From Gammaproteobacteria bacterium (GTDB lineage: Bacteria; Pseudomonadota; Gammaproteobacteria; JAADHS01), in contig JAADHS010000160.1 of NCBI GenBank assembly GCA_013151745.1, positions 1 through 61,102 on the forward strand: a stretch of DNA of 61,102 nucleotides. Direction: 5' to 3'. The notes below the pieces were generated by a model that was not told the origin of the DNA, made no database searches, and worked only from the letters and a program-made list of their open reading frames with translations. Below are positions 49,551 to 60,518 of the stretch, piece by piece; within the stretch, counting starts at the first letter, position 1, and each line of letters begins with the position of its first letter. The translations under genes and the position numbers were made by a program.

Positions 49551-51569
49551 CTACCCCTCCGCTGGCACAGCAGGGGAAGATTTGTTTCCAGATTTCCCTT
49601 CTTCTTTTTCGACTTTTAATGGATTACGACGACGCACTGTTAATCGATATCGTTTATCCGTCATTGCCAGCAAGCCACCCAAAGCCATAAAACCCGCACC
49701 GGCCCAAATCCAGGCGACTAAAGGTTTGTAATAGAGGCGTACACTCCAGGAACCACCACCGACAGGCTCACCTAGCGAAACATAAATTTGCTCAAAGAAG
49801 GTCGATTCAATAGCCGCCTCAGTCATCGGGTTAGTTTGCACGGTATAAACCCGTTTTTCAGGTTGCAACAAGGCAAAGGGCTTATCATCTTTACTCACAA
49901 CAATAATACCGCGTTGCGCTTCGTAATTGGGCCCAGGCACCTTGACCACACCATCAAACAAAAAGGTATAGCCCGACAAGGTGATCGTATCGCCCACATC
50001 CATGCGAACATCTTTTTCTTGTTCAAAACCTTTAACAAAAGTCACACCCAAGACAAAAATGCCAATACCAAAATGCGCAACAACCATGCCCCAAAAATGC
50101 ATAGGTTGTTTTGCCAACTTAACGATGACCGATTGATCGCTGTTCATTGAGTTAACACGGTTGACGATATTAACAAACACAGAGGCAATAACCCATCCTG
50201 CTAATAAGGTGCCGAAACTGACTAATAGCGATCCGCCCCCCATTAAAAGAGGTAAAACAATCGCCGCAATAACACCGGCAAGCAAGGCCCATTTTAAACG
50301 TGCCTTGAGTTCAGGGATTGCTGCCTGCTTCCACTTGGCTATCGGGCCAACCCCCATCAAAAATAACACAGGCACCATGAGAGGGAAAAATACAGCATTA
50401 AAATAAGGCTCACCCACTGACAGCTTACCCATCCCCATCGCATCATGAATAAGAGGATAGATCGTACCCAACAGGACTGCACCACAAGTCACGGATAACA
50501 TAACATTACCGGTTAACAACATCGATTCACGAGAAACCAATTTAAAGTCTCCGCCAAAACCGACTTTCGGCGCACGCCATGCAAATAATGCCAGTGAACC
50601 ACCGACGACGACCCCAAGGAAAAGCAAAATATAAGAACCTCGTTCTGGGTCGGTAGCAAAAGCATGAACAGAAACTAACACACCAGAACGCACTAAAAAC
50701 GTACCCAGCAAACTCAAAGAAAATACCGTAATGGCCAACAGCAAGGTCCAGTTACGAAATGTACCTCGTTTATCGGTGACCGCCAAAGAATGAATCAGTG
50801 CCGTCCCCGCGATCCACGGCAAAAAAGAAGCATTTTCTACGGGATCCCAAAACCACCAGCCACCCCAGCCCAGTTCGTAGTAGGCCCACCAGCTACCGAG
50901 TGCAATACCTACTGTTAAAAATGCCCAAGCTGCCGTCGTCCAGGGACGAGACCAGCGCGCCCAAGCGGCATCAATACGACCGCTGATCAACGCGGCAATC
51001 GCAAAAGCAAAGGCAACAGAAAAACCAACATAGCCCATGTACAAGAGCGGCGGATGAATCACCAAGCCTGGGTCTTGCAACAAAGGGTTGAGATCACGAC
51101 CATCCAGAGCCGCTGGAAACAGGCGCTCAAAAGGATTAGAAGTTAACAACAAAAACAAAAGGAAACCGATAGAAAGAAAACCCAACACACCCACCACGCG
51201 CGCAAGAGTCTGATCGTCAATACTGCGGCTAAAAAGGGTGACACCAACCGTCCATAAAGAAAGAAAAAGAATCCATAAGAGCATCGACCCTTCATGCCCC
51301 CCCCATACCGCAGCGAACTTGTACATGGTTGGCATCAATGAATTTGAATGATTCGCCGCATAAAGCACCGAAAAATCATCCTGTAAAAAAGCGTAGGTTA
51401 AACAAACAAAGGCTAAAGCGACAAACACACATTGCCCCTGAGCAACCGGTTTGGTCAGCGCCATCCAGGAGGCATAGCCCTTATGAGCACCGACCAACGG
51501 AAAAAATGTTTGTATTATTGACAAACACAAAGCGATAATCAGAGCTAACTGCCCTATCTCTGGAATCAT
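49551..51569 (-). CDS. ccmF: Heme lyase CcmF
   Basis: WGGHEGS, HPPLLYMGY, WGGWWFWDPVEN, SVHAF. Confidence 0.97.
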   Translation of the reverse strand: MIPEIGQLALIIALCLSIIQTFFPLVGAHKGYASWMALTKPVAQGQCVFVALAFVCLTYAFLQDDFSVLYAANHSNSLMPTMYKFAAVWGGHEGSMLLWILFLSLWTVGVTLFSRSIDDQTLARVVGVLGFLSIGFLLFLLLTSNPFERLFPAALDGRDLNPLLQDPGLVIHPPLLYMGYVGFSVAFAFAIAALISGRIDAAWARWSRPWTTAAWAFLTVGIALGSWWAYYELGWGGWWFWDPVENASFLPWIAGTALIHSLAVTDKRGTFRNWTLLLAITVFSLSLLGTFLVRSGVLVSVHAFATDPERGSYILLFLGVVVGGSLALFAWRAPKVGFGGDFKLVSRESMLLTGNVMLSVTCGAVLLGTIYPLIHDAMGMGKLSVGEPYFNAVFFPLMVPVLFLMGVGPIAKWKQAAIPELKARLKWALLAGVIAAIVLPLLMGGGSLLVSFGTLLAGWVIASVFVNIVNRVNSMNSDQSVIVKLAKQPMHFWGMVVAHFGIGIFVLGVTFVKGFEQEKDVRMDVGDTITLSGYTFLFDGVVKVPGPNYEAQRGIIVVSKDDKPFALLQPEKRVYTVQTNPMTEAAIESTFFEQIYVSLGEPVGGGSWSVRLYYKPLVAWIWAGAGFMALGGLLAMTDKRYRLTVRRRNPLKVEKEEGKSGNKSSPAVPAEG

Positions 51570-51604
51570 AGCACTCTCCTTGGAGTCTATTTTATAATGA
51601 CTAA

Positions 51605-52081
51605 TTAATTAGCTATTAAAGTCGTCGTGGTTGATTTGCTATCATTTTCAGCTTTTGCCTGCTGGCCTTTTTCCAACGCTTCTGCTACTTCAGGCGGCAT
51701 ATAGGTCTCGTCATGCTTGGCTAAGACTTCCTCCGCCCGAAACAGATTACTCGATTCCAGACGACCTTGTGTTACCACACCCTGCCCCTCACGAAACAAA
51801 TCGGGGAGAATGCCAACAAACACCACCGGCATATCAACTGCGTGATCCGTTACAATAAAGTTAACGGTCAAGCCATCGTCTTGACGTTCGATACTCCCCT
51901 CTTTCACCAAACCGCCTAAACGAAAGGGTCGATCAACAGGCGCTTCATTCGCCATGACCTGAGTCGGACTAAAAAAGAAAACCATATTACTTTGAAACGC
52001 ATTTAATACAAGCGCGGCAGCGATACCTATACCGGCTACGCCCCCCACAATAAATGCAATTTTTTTATACCTGCGCTTCAT
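51605..52081 (-). CDS. ccmE: Heme chaperone CcmE
   Basis: GILPDLFREGQG, LAKHDETY. Confidence 0.97.
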   Translation of the reverse strand: MKRRYKKIAFIVGGVAGIGIAAALVLNAFQSNMVFFFSPTQVMANEAPVDRPFRLGGLVKEGSIERQDDGLTVNFIVTDHAVDMPVVFVGILPDLFREGQGVVTQGRLESSNLFRAEEVLAKHDETYMPPEVAEALEKGQQAKAENDSKSTTTTLIAN

Positions 52082-52250
52082 CTTTTTGCCTCTTAGTCAT
52101 TCTTACCATACGACACACTCGCTGCCAAACCATTTTTCGGTGCTGCTTTAACCATACTAATTCAACGATAATGCAAAAAAGGGTCAATCCATAACAGCTC
52201 CACACATAAACGGAATACCGCCCCATATCCAGTGCTTCTGCAATGCTCAT
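52065..52250 (-). CDS. ccmD: Heme exporter protein CcmD
   Basis: MGRYSVYVWSCYG, TM plus basic tail; lies between ccmC and ccmE. Confidence 0.88.
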   Translation of the reverse strand: MSIAEALDMGRYSVYVWSCYGLTLFCIIVELVWLKQHRKMVWQRVCRMVRMTKRQKDEAQV

Positions 52251-52993
52251 TTTTTTTCACCTTCTTGCACGAGTGCTGCAACCCAATCCGTTTTGCTCTC
52301 GCGCTGTAAAATTTCAGTGCGAACACGAGAAAGCGCGACCCCTATGGTGTAAGACCAAAAGCAAAGTGTCATCAGCAAAATAGAAATCAGCATCTCTACG
52401 CCCATCGTCGATTCATTTAATTTCAATGAAGGCGGCTGATGCAAGGTACTCCACCAAATAACAGAAAAATAAATAATCGGAACATTAACAATGCCAACCA
52501 ACGCCAGCAATCCCGTTGCTTTTGCAGCACGACGGGGATCTTCAATCGCGGCACCCAAAGCAATAAACCCAATGTACAAAAAAAACAGGATGAGCTCACT
52601 GGTCAGGCGAGCATCCCATACCCACCAAGTCCCCCATGTGGGCTTACCCCATACCGCCCCTGTAACCAAGGCGAGAAAAGCAAAGAGCGCACCGGTCGGC
52701 GCTAAACTTTTAGCCATCATTGCTGACAAACGCGTATTCCAAATCAAACCTGACGCCGCCCACATCGCCATAACAACATAGATAAACATCGACATCCAGG
52801 CAGTAGGAACATGGATAAACATAATTTTATAAGACTGACCTTGCTGGTAATCTGCTAATGGCGCTTCAAAAAAAGAATAATAAAGACCCGCAATACCCAA
52901 CAATGCCGCTGCCCACATAAACCATGGAATCATCTTTCCTGCAAGGGGATAGAACGTCGCGGGGGCCGCATATTTAAATATATTAATTTTCAA
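52247..52993 (-). CDS. ccmC: Heme exporter protein CcmC
   Basis: IHVP, WGKPTWGTWWVWDARLT, TLHQ. Confidence 0.96.
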   Translation of the reverse strand: MKINIFKYAAPATFYPLAGKMIPWFMWAAALLGIAGLYYSFFEAPLADYQQGQSYKIMFIHVPTAWMSMFIYVVMAMWAASGLIWNTRLSAMMAKSLAPTGALFAFLALVTGAVWGKPTWGTWWVWDARLTSELILFFLYIGFIALGAAIEDPRRAAKATGLLALVGIVNVPIIYFSVIWWSTLHQPPSLKLNESTMGVEMLISILLMTLCFWSYTIGVALSRVRTEILQRESKTDWVAALVQEGEKK

Positions 52994-53001
52994 AAACTAA
53001 C

Positions 53002-53670
53002 CTACTCAACTGAAATTTTTAATGCTGCAGCCGTTGCCCAGGGTGCCAGCACCACAGAGACAAACAATCCCGCGCCCAATAAAGACAAGTGCGCCTGCGC
53101 ACCTAAGCCCGACGCACTGGCTTCCACCGCACCCGCACCAAAAACCAAAACGGGTATATATAAAGGCAAGATCAGCAAAGAGATCAACACCCCGCCCCCT
53201 CTGACCCCAAGCGTTAAAGCCGCACCAATCGCACCAATCAAACTCAAAATGGGGGTACCTAACATTAAAGCGCCTATCAATACAATGATAGCCTCGCCGT
53301 CCAAATCAAATTGCAAGCCCATCACTGGCGCAATAAAAACCAAAGGCAAACCGGAAACCAACCAATGCGCAAAAACTTTCCCTAAAACCAAGATAGACAA
53401 GGGTTGCGGCACCAACAACATTTGCTCCAACGTGCCATCAACATAGTCATTATAAAACAATCGACCCAATGCCAGCATGGAGGCCAACAATGCGGCAACC
53501 CAAACTACACCCGGCGCAATTTTCCTTAAAGTATCCGCCTCCGGGCCCACTCCTAAAGGAAAGAGGCTGACCACAATAATAAAAAAAAACAAAACGGTCA
53601 AAAAATCTGCGCGCCGTCGCATGGCTAACAGTAACTCTCTACGCACCACCGAAAAAAACGCAGAAAACAT
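53002..53670 (-). CDS. ccmB: Heme exporter protein CcmB
   Basis: LFPLGVGP, DYVDGTLEQ, LPLYIPVLVFG. Confidence 0.96.
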   Translation of the reverse strand: MFSAFFSVVRRELLLAMRRRADFLTVLFFFIIVVSLFPLGVGPEADTLRKIAPGVVWVAALLASMLALGRLFYNDYVDGTLEQMLLVPQPLSILVLGKVFAHWLVSGLPLVFIAPVMGLQFDLDGEAIIVLIGALMLGTPILSLIGAIGAALTLGVRGGGVLISLLILPLYIPVLVFGAGAVEASASGLGAQAHLSLLGAGLFVSVVLAPWATAAALKISVE

Positions 53671-53677
53671 AAAATTC

Positions 53678-54295
53678 CTAGTGTTTCAAATGGATATGAC
53701 GAACATGAACACCTTCAAGCGCAACTTCTTGGTGCGTCGTTAAAATCACCATCCCGCCTTGCTGCACATGATGGACAATCACATCCTGTAACACCGCAAC
53801 AGCGGCAACATCCAGCGCGGTAAAAGGTTCATCCAAAATCCATAACTTACTCTTATTCAATATAAAACGAGCTAATGCCGTACGTTTTTTTTGGCCTTGA
53901 GAAAGAACGCTGGTAGGTAATTCCTGGCAAATTTCCACACCTAATTTAGCCAAAACTAAAGAGATTTGCTCTTCCGTCACCCGCACACCAGCTAAATGGG
54001 CTGAAATCGTTAAATTTTCCAGGGCCGTCAGCTCATCCTTCAATCCATTCAAGTGGCCAAAATAGGAAATATGTCGATGATAATCCTCTGCAAGCTTGCT
54101 TGTTTGCTCGCCATCCCAAGTAATGTCACCTGCCTCAGGCACTACTAAACCACAGATTGCACGTAATAATGTGGTTTTGCCACTCCCATTGGGGCCATGC
54201 ACATACAGCACTTCACCTTCAGTCAAGCCAAAAGAGAGACCTTCGAACAATTGATTATCCCCTCGCACGCAGGCAAGATTACTTACTTCCAACAT
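53678..54295 (-). CDS. ccmA: Heme ABC exporter ATPase CcmA
   Basis: GPNGSGKTT, LSQGQKKR, WILDEP, TTHQ. Confidence 0.96.
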   Translation of the reverse strand: MLEVSNLACVRGDNQLFEGLSFGLTEGEVLYVHGPNGSGKTTLLRAICGLVVPEAGDITWDGEQTSKLAEDYHRHISYFGHLNGLKDELTALENLTISAHLAGVRVTEEQISLVLAKLGVEICQELPTSVLSQGQKKRTALARFILNKSKLWILDEPFTALDVAAVAVLQDVIVHHVQQGGMVILTTHQEVALEGVHVRHIHLKH

Positions 54296-54634
54296 AGCTC
54301 GTTACTATTTTTTATTGATGTCACTATTTAGCCCCCTGAAAAAGCGAATTTCAGGGAGAGTCTGAATCATTACTATGTGTTTGACTGCTCGCTGAGCAGT
54401 GACTTAAAATTTGCTAACTCTTTAATAAAAGGGGAGCACTGCACAGGTAAAAACAGGTGCCTCAAACACCTTAAATCCTTGGCAGAAATTCATTATTTTT
54501 TAACCACACTGTACGGCACACCACTTGTTTTTATTTAAAATTCAAATGATTAACAGAGGCGTGGTTACTTCTGCTCTTAAAATAACCTCTAACAGTATTT
54601 AATTATACTATAGCAACAGCAACTATTCAGCTAC

Positions 54635-55438
54635 TCATAAAGACCGCGCCAAACGAAATCCGTTCCCTGCATCATTCATATCCGCAACATAACTGCCACG
54701 AGTAGCAGAGCGAACATATTGACTCTCACTATTCCAAGCTCCGCCTCTTAACACTCGACTCGCACAATCGGCTTGCTCTGTCCAGGCTCGCCCATCACTG
54801 GGCGCATCGGTATAATTATCATGCCAACAATCTTCGACCCACTCCCATACGTTGCCATGCATATCGGCCAGCCCCCAGGCATTGCGTTGACGCTGCCCTA
54901 CCGGCCGAGTTCCTACATTTCCACTATGGCCATACCAAGCAAACTTAGCCAACTCATTTTTTGGAAAGGAGTATGATGTTGTTGTCCCACTACGTGCCGC
55001 GTACTCCCATTCCGCTTCTGTGGGGAGACGATACTTAGTCGTTTCTTCATGCTCGTTTAATCGCTGAATAAATTCCTGCACCTGAATCCAGGTGACCTGA
55101 TCAACTGGCCGTTTAGGATGTTTATAAAGGCTGGGATTACTACCCATCACCGCCACCCACTGCGCTTGCGTCACTTCAGTTTTACCCAAATAAAACGCGC
55201 CCAGCTTAACTTGTCGTTGCGGCCGTTCATTCGCTGAACCATCACGACCACCCATAGTAAATCGACCCGCAGGGATTATAGCCATAGGCAAATTCAGAGA
55301 CTCGACAATAAAACCAGGCTCTTCCTTTATTTTTTCTGCCTGCAACGAAGGCAACAAAACCGTCAGAACAACCGCCAATAGCAGCACAATAATTACGGGA
55401 AAACCCAACTGAAACCACACCTTTGACGCAGAACTCAC
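54635..55438 (-). CDS. Membrane-anchored FGE-sulfatase (SUMF1-like) domain protein
   Basis: FTMG, TEVTQAQW, RLPTEAEWEYAAR, DMHGNVWEW, RGGAW, GFRLAR; GTG 55438 after GGAGG. Confidence 0.88.
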   Translation of the reverse strand: MSSASKVWFQLGFPVIIVLLLAVVLTVLLPSLQAEKIKEEPGFIVESLNLPMAIIPAGRFTMGGRDGSANERPQRQVKLGAFYLGKTEVTQAQWVAVMGSNPSLYKHPKRPVDQVTWIQVQEFIQRLNEHEETTKYRLPTEAEWEYAARSGTTTSYSFPKNELAKFAWYGHSGNVGTRPVGQRQRNAWGLADMHGNVWEWVEDCWHDNYTDAPSDGRAWTEQADCASRVLRGGAWNSESQYVRSATRGSYVADMNDAGNGFRLARSL

Positions 55439-55554
55439 AACCAGCCCCTCCTTTTTTTTATTGGAAGCACAGTGTACATTGTAGCTAACATAAAACCCAC
55501 ACTCTTGGAAACGGACAGGATAGAACAATACAGTCCCTTAACTTTATTATTGAA

Positions 55555-56511
55555 ATGACTCAGACATTACAAAAACTCGAACATCGAATTAGCGAAACCA
55601 TCGTTGGCCAACAGGCACTCATTAAACGCCTCTTGATTACGCTGCTTTCTGACGGTCATCTACTCATCGAAGGCGCACCGGGGCTCGCCAAAACGACCGC
55701 AGTGCAAGCGCTGGCCGATGGTATCAACACTCAATTTCAAAGAATCCAGTTTACACCTGACTTAATTCCGGGCGATATCACCGGCACCGATATTTTCATT
55801 CCACAAGATGGACATTTTCAATTTGAAAAAGGCCCTATATTTAATCAGATTATTCTTGCTGATGAAATCAACCGTGCACCACCGAAAGTACAATCTGCGT
55901 TATTGGAAGCGATGCAAGAACGACAAGTCACCATCGGCAGCCACACCCGAACGCTTCCCGAGTTGTTTTTGGTGATCGCCACCCAAAACCCACTGGAACA
56001 TGAAGGTACTTTTCCACTGCCTGAAGCACAGCTTGATCGTTTTTTTATGAAGGTCAACTTAAACTACCCCAGCGTTGAAGAGGAACTGGAAATTTTGCAC
56101 CGTGACCTGGATCGCCACACCACGGCGGCAGCAACAAAAAAAGAACCGGTCATCAATGAGGCAGAGATACATACGGCTCGTCGCGCCGTACAACAAGTTT
56201 ATATCGACCCCATGCTAAATCGATATATCGTAACCCTGGTTCACGCCACTCGTGATCCCACACAATGGGCACCTCAATTAAACGAACATTTACAACGCGG
56301 CGCTTCACCTCGCGCCAGCCTCGCGCTTGCTCACGCCGCGCGAGCACATGCCTATTTAGCAGAGCGAGACTTTGTTGAACCCGGCGACATCACCGCCTTA
56401 GCAGAAGACATACTCAACCATCGCATCGCCTTGAGCTTTGCTGCACACGCAGAAGGTATGAGCACACGTGATGTGATTGACACCCTGCTTGATGTCGTAC
56501 CGATTCCCTGA
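55555..56511 (+). CDS. moxR: MoxR-family AAA+ ATPase
   Basis: GAPGLAKT, RIQFTPDL, DEINRAPPKVQSALLEAMQE, LPEAQLDRF. Confidence 0.95.
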   Translation: MTQTLQKLEHRISETIVGQQALIKRLLITLLSDGHLLIEGAPGLAKTTAVQALADGINTQFQRIQFTPDLIPGDITGTDIFIPQDGHFQFEKGPIFNQIILADEINRAPPKVQSALLEAMQERQVTIGSHTRTLPELFLVIATQNPLEHEGTFPLPEAQLDRFFMKVNLNYPSVEEELEILHRDLDRHTTAAATKKEPVINEAEIHTARRAVQQVYIDPMLNRYIVTLVHATRDPTQWAPQLNEHLQRGASPRASLALAHAARAHAYLAERDFVEPGDITALAEDILNHRIALSFAAHAEGMSTRDVIDTLLDVVPIP

Positions 56512-57413
56512 TGCCTTTCCTGTCCTCACCATTGATGAGTCACTCTGAGTTTACGCAGATACATGCTCAGGTCAGTTTATGGCGCAATCGTTCACACATT
56601 GCCCGCAGCTACGGATCCGGCACGCATCGTTCCTGCTTTCGTGGGCAAGGCTTAGAAACGGTTGATACCCGCCCCTACCAACCAGGCGACAACATTCGGC
56701 ATATGGATTGGCGTGCAACGGCGCGTAGCGGCAAGCCCATCAGTAAGGTCTTTATGGATGAACGACAGCATAATCTTTTTTTGCTTATCGATCGCCGCCC
56801 GGCGATGTTTTTTGGTACACGCAATATGCTCAAAGTCACTGCTGCAATTAAAACAGCGGCGATACTTGCTTTTTCCTCCATCATCAATCACGACCGGGTA
56901 GGCGGCATTATTATTGATCAGCAACAACAGACCTTGTTCCCGTCAACACGAGCGCTTAATGCGACGCTAAAGTTGCTAACCGCCGCCGCCGCACCACAAA
57001 CTGAAAACACCCGGCAAGAAAACAATTCACTCGACAAAGCGTTGGCCACCGCGCTCATCACCGTCCCGAATAACGCCACGCTATGCTTAATTAGTGACTG
57101 TGATTTTGTAACCGCATCACAAACACACAAGGCGATATACGCACTCATTGATAAACACCCGGTACAAGCCTTTCAAATAACCGACCCGGCAGACTACAAA
57201 CTAGAGAACGTAGGAAAACTACGCATTGCCTCGCCTGATGGCACAGCAACTTGCACGATTGATACCCGCAATAAACAAATTCGCGATGCCTATGCCGTCC
57301 GCGCAACTGAACAGCAAAAGTGTATTCGCTTACAACTACATAGATGGGGTATCAAGCACCATACCATTCAAACTAATTACGACATATCAACTCAAATTGA
57401 AACCTTAATATGA
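56511..57413 (+). CDS. DUF58 family protein
   Basis: RPYQPGDNIRHMDWRATAR, MFFGT, ISD. Confidence 0.9.
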   Translation: MPFLSSPLMSHSEFTQIHAQVSLWRNRSHIARSYGSGTHRSCFRGQGLETVDTRPYQPGDNIRHMDWRATARSGKPISKVFMDERQHNLFLLIDRRPAMFFGTRNMLKVTAAIKTAAILAFSSIINHDRVGGIIIDQQQQTLFPSTRALNATLKLLTAAAAPQTENTRQENNSLDKALATALITVPNNATLCLISDCDFVTASQTHKAIYALIDKHPVQAFQITDPADYKLENVGKLRIASPDGTATCTIDTRNKQIRDAYAVRATEQQKCIRLQLHRWGIKHHTIQTNYDISTQIETLI

Positions 57414-57850
57414 ACAAAGACATTCCCTTCAATATGCTGGCTGACATTGAGCTGCCTAACGAACCCAACTGGTATAGTGAGATCACTTTCGTTGTTATTG
57501 CGTCAGGCTTACTGCTCGCATTGATTGTTTGGCAAATAATTAAACGTAAACTTTCACAACAAACCAGGCTCGCAGAGCAGGCACTTGACGACGTCATCGA
57601 CCAACACCAATCAACGAGCATCAATCAACGAGAAGCGGCATTCCGTATTGCCACGGTATTGCGCCTCAGTCTCAATCTGTCACAACTGACACTACAAGCA
57701 CCTGATGCTCTGCAACATGAACAAACCCTTTGGCACAAAACCATCCAACAACTCGAACAGCTGCGTTACCAACACCACTGCGATACTCCGCTTTCCCCGG
57801 AATTAATCCAACAAGTACGGCGGTGGATTCAATACGGAGCAGCACACTAA
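57410..57850 (+). CDS. DUF4381-like small membrane protein of Bat operons
   Basis: LADIELP..P.W followed by a TM; position in the operon. Confidence 0.65.
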   Translation: MNKDIPFNMLADIELPNEPNWYSEITFVVIASGLLLALIVWQIIKRKLSQQTRLAEQALDDVIDQHQSTSINQREAAFRIATVLRLSLNLSQLTLQAPDALQHEQTLWHKTIQQLEQLRYQHHCDTPLSPELIQQVRRWIQYGAAH

Positions 57851-57854
57851 CATC

Positions 57855-58853
57855 ATGCTTCATTTTGACGCACCGCTATGGCTACTCGGCATCTTGCTTT
57901 TATTGATGGCTTATATAATTCAACGAAAACGACAGAGCACACCATCATCACCCACCCTCAGCACCCTGCGTCACCCCAAATACGCAATACTCAATGACAT
58001 TGCAACACAACAGCAAAAACGTGCCTCATCCACACCCTGGCTTTGGCTTGCAAGTTGTACTCTGCTCCTTATCGCACTCGCCGCACCCTACTGGCATGAC
58101 CCCAGTTCGGATCAACACGCCAATGGTCGTAATATTGTATTAGCGCTGGATGTATCCGATTCGATGCGTGCAGAAGATTTCATCATCGACGACAAGGTGG
58201 TCAACCGCCTGGCCATGCTTAAACACATTGTTGATCAATTCATCAAACAACAGACTGGCGATCGTTTCAGCTTAATTATTTTTGGCGATGATGCCTTTAC
58301 GCTCAGCCCACTGACCCGAGACCAAACCTTATTACGCAAGCTGCTCAGTGAACTTCAACCGAATATCGCCGGTATCAAAACAGCGTTGGGCGATGCTCTT
58401 TTTTTATCGATATCCCGCCTGGCTTCGGTAAATAATCAAGGGCTGGTGATTCTTTTAACGGATGGTGCGAACACCAGCGGTACACTACATCCAAAACAAG
58501 CATTACAGCTCGGTAAACAATCCGGGATCCCTGTTTACACCATCGGCATCGGTTCACATCGTCGCGTTGCTTTCCCCAAAGCCGAACTGGAAAAACCGAT
58601 ACTGACACATATGCCTCTGGATGAAACCTTACTACAGACGATTGCCAACGAAACAGGCGGACGTTATTTCAGAGCAGAGACCACTGAACTGCTAAGCCAG
58701 ATCACACAAGAAATCAGCGCCATCGAAACCATCACCAAAGAAGAAAAGCAAGCCATTTCCGGCACAGACGGTTACTGGATACCGGCATTACTGGCTTTAA
58801 TATTGTTGCTTTTGCATTACCATCTCAACTATAAGAAGGTTTTACCGGAGTAA
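57855..58853 (+). CDS. VWA-domain protein, BatA-like
   Basis: DVSDSM MIDAS, TALGDA, LLTDG, YTIGIG, TGGRYFRA. Confidence 0.9.
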   Translation: MLHFDAPLWLLGILLLLMAYIIQRKRQSTPSSPTLSTLRHPKYAILNDIATQQQKRASSTPWLWLASCTLLLIALAAPYWHDPSSDQHANGRNIVLALDVSDSMRAEDFIIDDKVVNRLAMLKHIVDQFIKQQTGDRFSLIIFGDDAFTLSPLTRDQTLLRKLLSELQPNIAGIKTALGDALFLSISRLASVNNQGLVILLTDGANTSGTLHPKQALQLGKQSGIPVYTIGIGSHRRVAFPKAELEKPILTHMPLDETLLQTIANETGGRYFRAETTELLSQITQEISAIETITKEEKQAISGTDGYWIPALLALILLLLHYHLNYKKVLPE

Positions 58854-58862
58854 CCCGCACAG

Positions 58863-60518
58863 ATGAATTTCTATGAACTACATTGGCGAGAACCCCTATG
58901 GCTAGCTGCGCTGTTGTTATTGCTGCTGTTGATATTTTTACAACACCGAAGTAAACACAAACAAAATTTTCGCTTGAGTCATTTTGCAGATCGTCACCTG
59001 TTGCCCTATTTTATCAACCCTGGAAAGCCATTCAGGTACGGACTAATTTATAGCGCCTACAGCCTGTTGATCTTAGCCTTGAGCGGCCCCTTTTTAGTCT
59101 CTGACCAGCAACAGCAAAACCAGCATAAAGCCCTCGACATTGTTTTAATTGTTGACATTTCACCCTCGATGAATGCAACAGATATCACGCCTAATCGCCT
59201 GACTCGCGCCAAAGCCGAGATCAAAGATTTACTCCAACTGAGGGCAAGAGACCGAGTCGCTCTGATTACTTTTTCTGCCAATGCTTACTTAACCTTGCCG
59301 CTAACTCACGATAAAGACGTCATCCAGCAATTTGTTCAGGCGCTCAGCAGCGACCTGGTTCGCCGTAAAGGATCTAATCTCAGCCGAGCCATTGAATTGG
59401 CACAAGAAACTTTATCAGCAAGTAAAAGCAACAGTCGCGCTATTATTTTATTAAGCGATGGCGAACATCACACGCCGCGCATACAGCAACAAGCAAAAAT
59501 GCTACAACAACAAAACATTCCACTATTCGTCATGGGCATAGGCACGACCAGCGGCGCACCGGTTATCGATCATACAGGCAACACCCTGACTCACCAGGGT
59601 CTGCCCGTCATCTCGAAACTCAATTCAACCGCATTACAAAGTCTCGCACAGATTACCCAAGGGGTTTATAGCACGCCAACAGCAGACAATACCGGTTGGG
59701 GAAAAATCAATATAGAACTCGAACAACTCAGCACGCTGAATTCTTACGAAACTTACACACAAGCGACCTTTAAATTACCCCCTTGGCTGCTCATGACAGC
59801 CTTAATCCTGATCTTGCTACCGGCTCTACCTCGCGTCCGTTTTATAAGCTGGACACTTTTTTTAATTTTGCCTGTGACCACACTTTCACCAAGCGCCACC
59901 GCCAGTGCCTGGCAAGAAGCTCAAGCCCTTGCCGCACTGAAAAACAATGACCTCAATGTGGCGGAAAATCATTACCGCAACATAGGAGGATTTAATGGCA
60001 ACCTGGGTCGCGGCAGTGTCGCTTATAAAAAACAGCTCTGGCCACAAGCCGCTAAAAATTTCAACAAAGCAGTGCAATCCGCACAAACAGATCAAGAGCG
60101 TGCCAAAGCCCACTACAATCTCGGCAATGCACTTACCCAAATGAAAAAAACCAAGAGCGCTGTCATGGCCTATAAACAAGCACTGCGTTTCCAGCCCAAC
60201 TATCCCCGCGCTACGTTCAACTTAAACCTGGTAGAGCGAATTCAACACCTCCCAGCAACGCAGGATAAAAAGCAAACCGACACCCACATGCAACAACAAA
60301 CGCCCACTCGTACCGAGCAAAATGAAACCGGCCACCGCCCTTCAAAAAATGAAGACAACAAAACCACAGCTCAAATAAAACAGGAAAAACAGAGCTTGCA
60401 AACAGGCGAGTTTCAAGGTGCTTACATTCCGGAGAAATTGGAAAAACTACTGCAAAAAAGATATCTGCGCCGGGATCAAATCGACGGACTGAGCAAAGCG
60501 GAAACAAAACCATGGTGA
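58863..60518 (+). CDS. VWA plus TPR protein, BatB/BatC-like
   Basis: DISPSM MIDAS, LSDGE, TPR AHYNLGNAL. Confidence 0.88.
   Translation: MNFYELHWREPLWLAALLLLLLLIFLQHRSKHKQNFRLSHFADRHLLPYFINPGKPFRYGLIYSAYSLLILALSGPFLVSDQQQQNQHKALDIVLIVDISPSMNATDITPNRLTRAKAEIKDLLQLRARDRVALITFSANAYLTLPLTHDKDVIQQFVQALSSDLVRRKGSNLSRAIELAQETLSASKSNSRAIILLSDGEHHTPRIQQQAKMLQQQNIPLFVMGIGTTSGAPVIDHTGNTLTHQGLPVISKLNSTALQSLAQITQGVYSTPTADNTGWGKINIELEQLSTLNSYETYTQATFKLPPWLLMTALILILLPALPRVRFISWTLFLILPVTTLSPSATASAWQEAQALAALKNNDLNVAENHYRNIGGFNGNLGRGSVAYKKQLWPQAAKNFNKAVQSAQTDQERAKAHYNLGNALTQMKKTKSAVMAYKQALRFQPNYPRATFNLNLVERIQHLPATQDKKQTDTHMQQQTPTRTEQNETGHRPSKNEDNKTTAQIKQEKQSLQTGEFQGAYIPEKLEKLLQKRYLRRDQIDGLSKAETKPW

Noticed and set aside
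54635-54760. FGE/C-type-lectin-fold C-terminus as a diversity-generating retroelement target
   Set aside because: No template repeat or reverse transcriptase seen in the window; the protein also lacks the FGE catalytic Cys pair, so it is not called a true FGE
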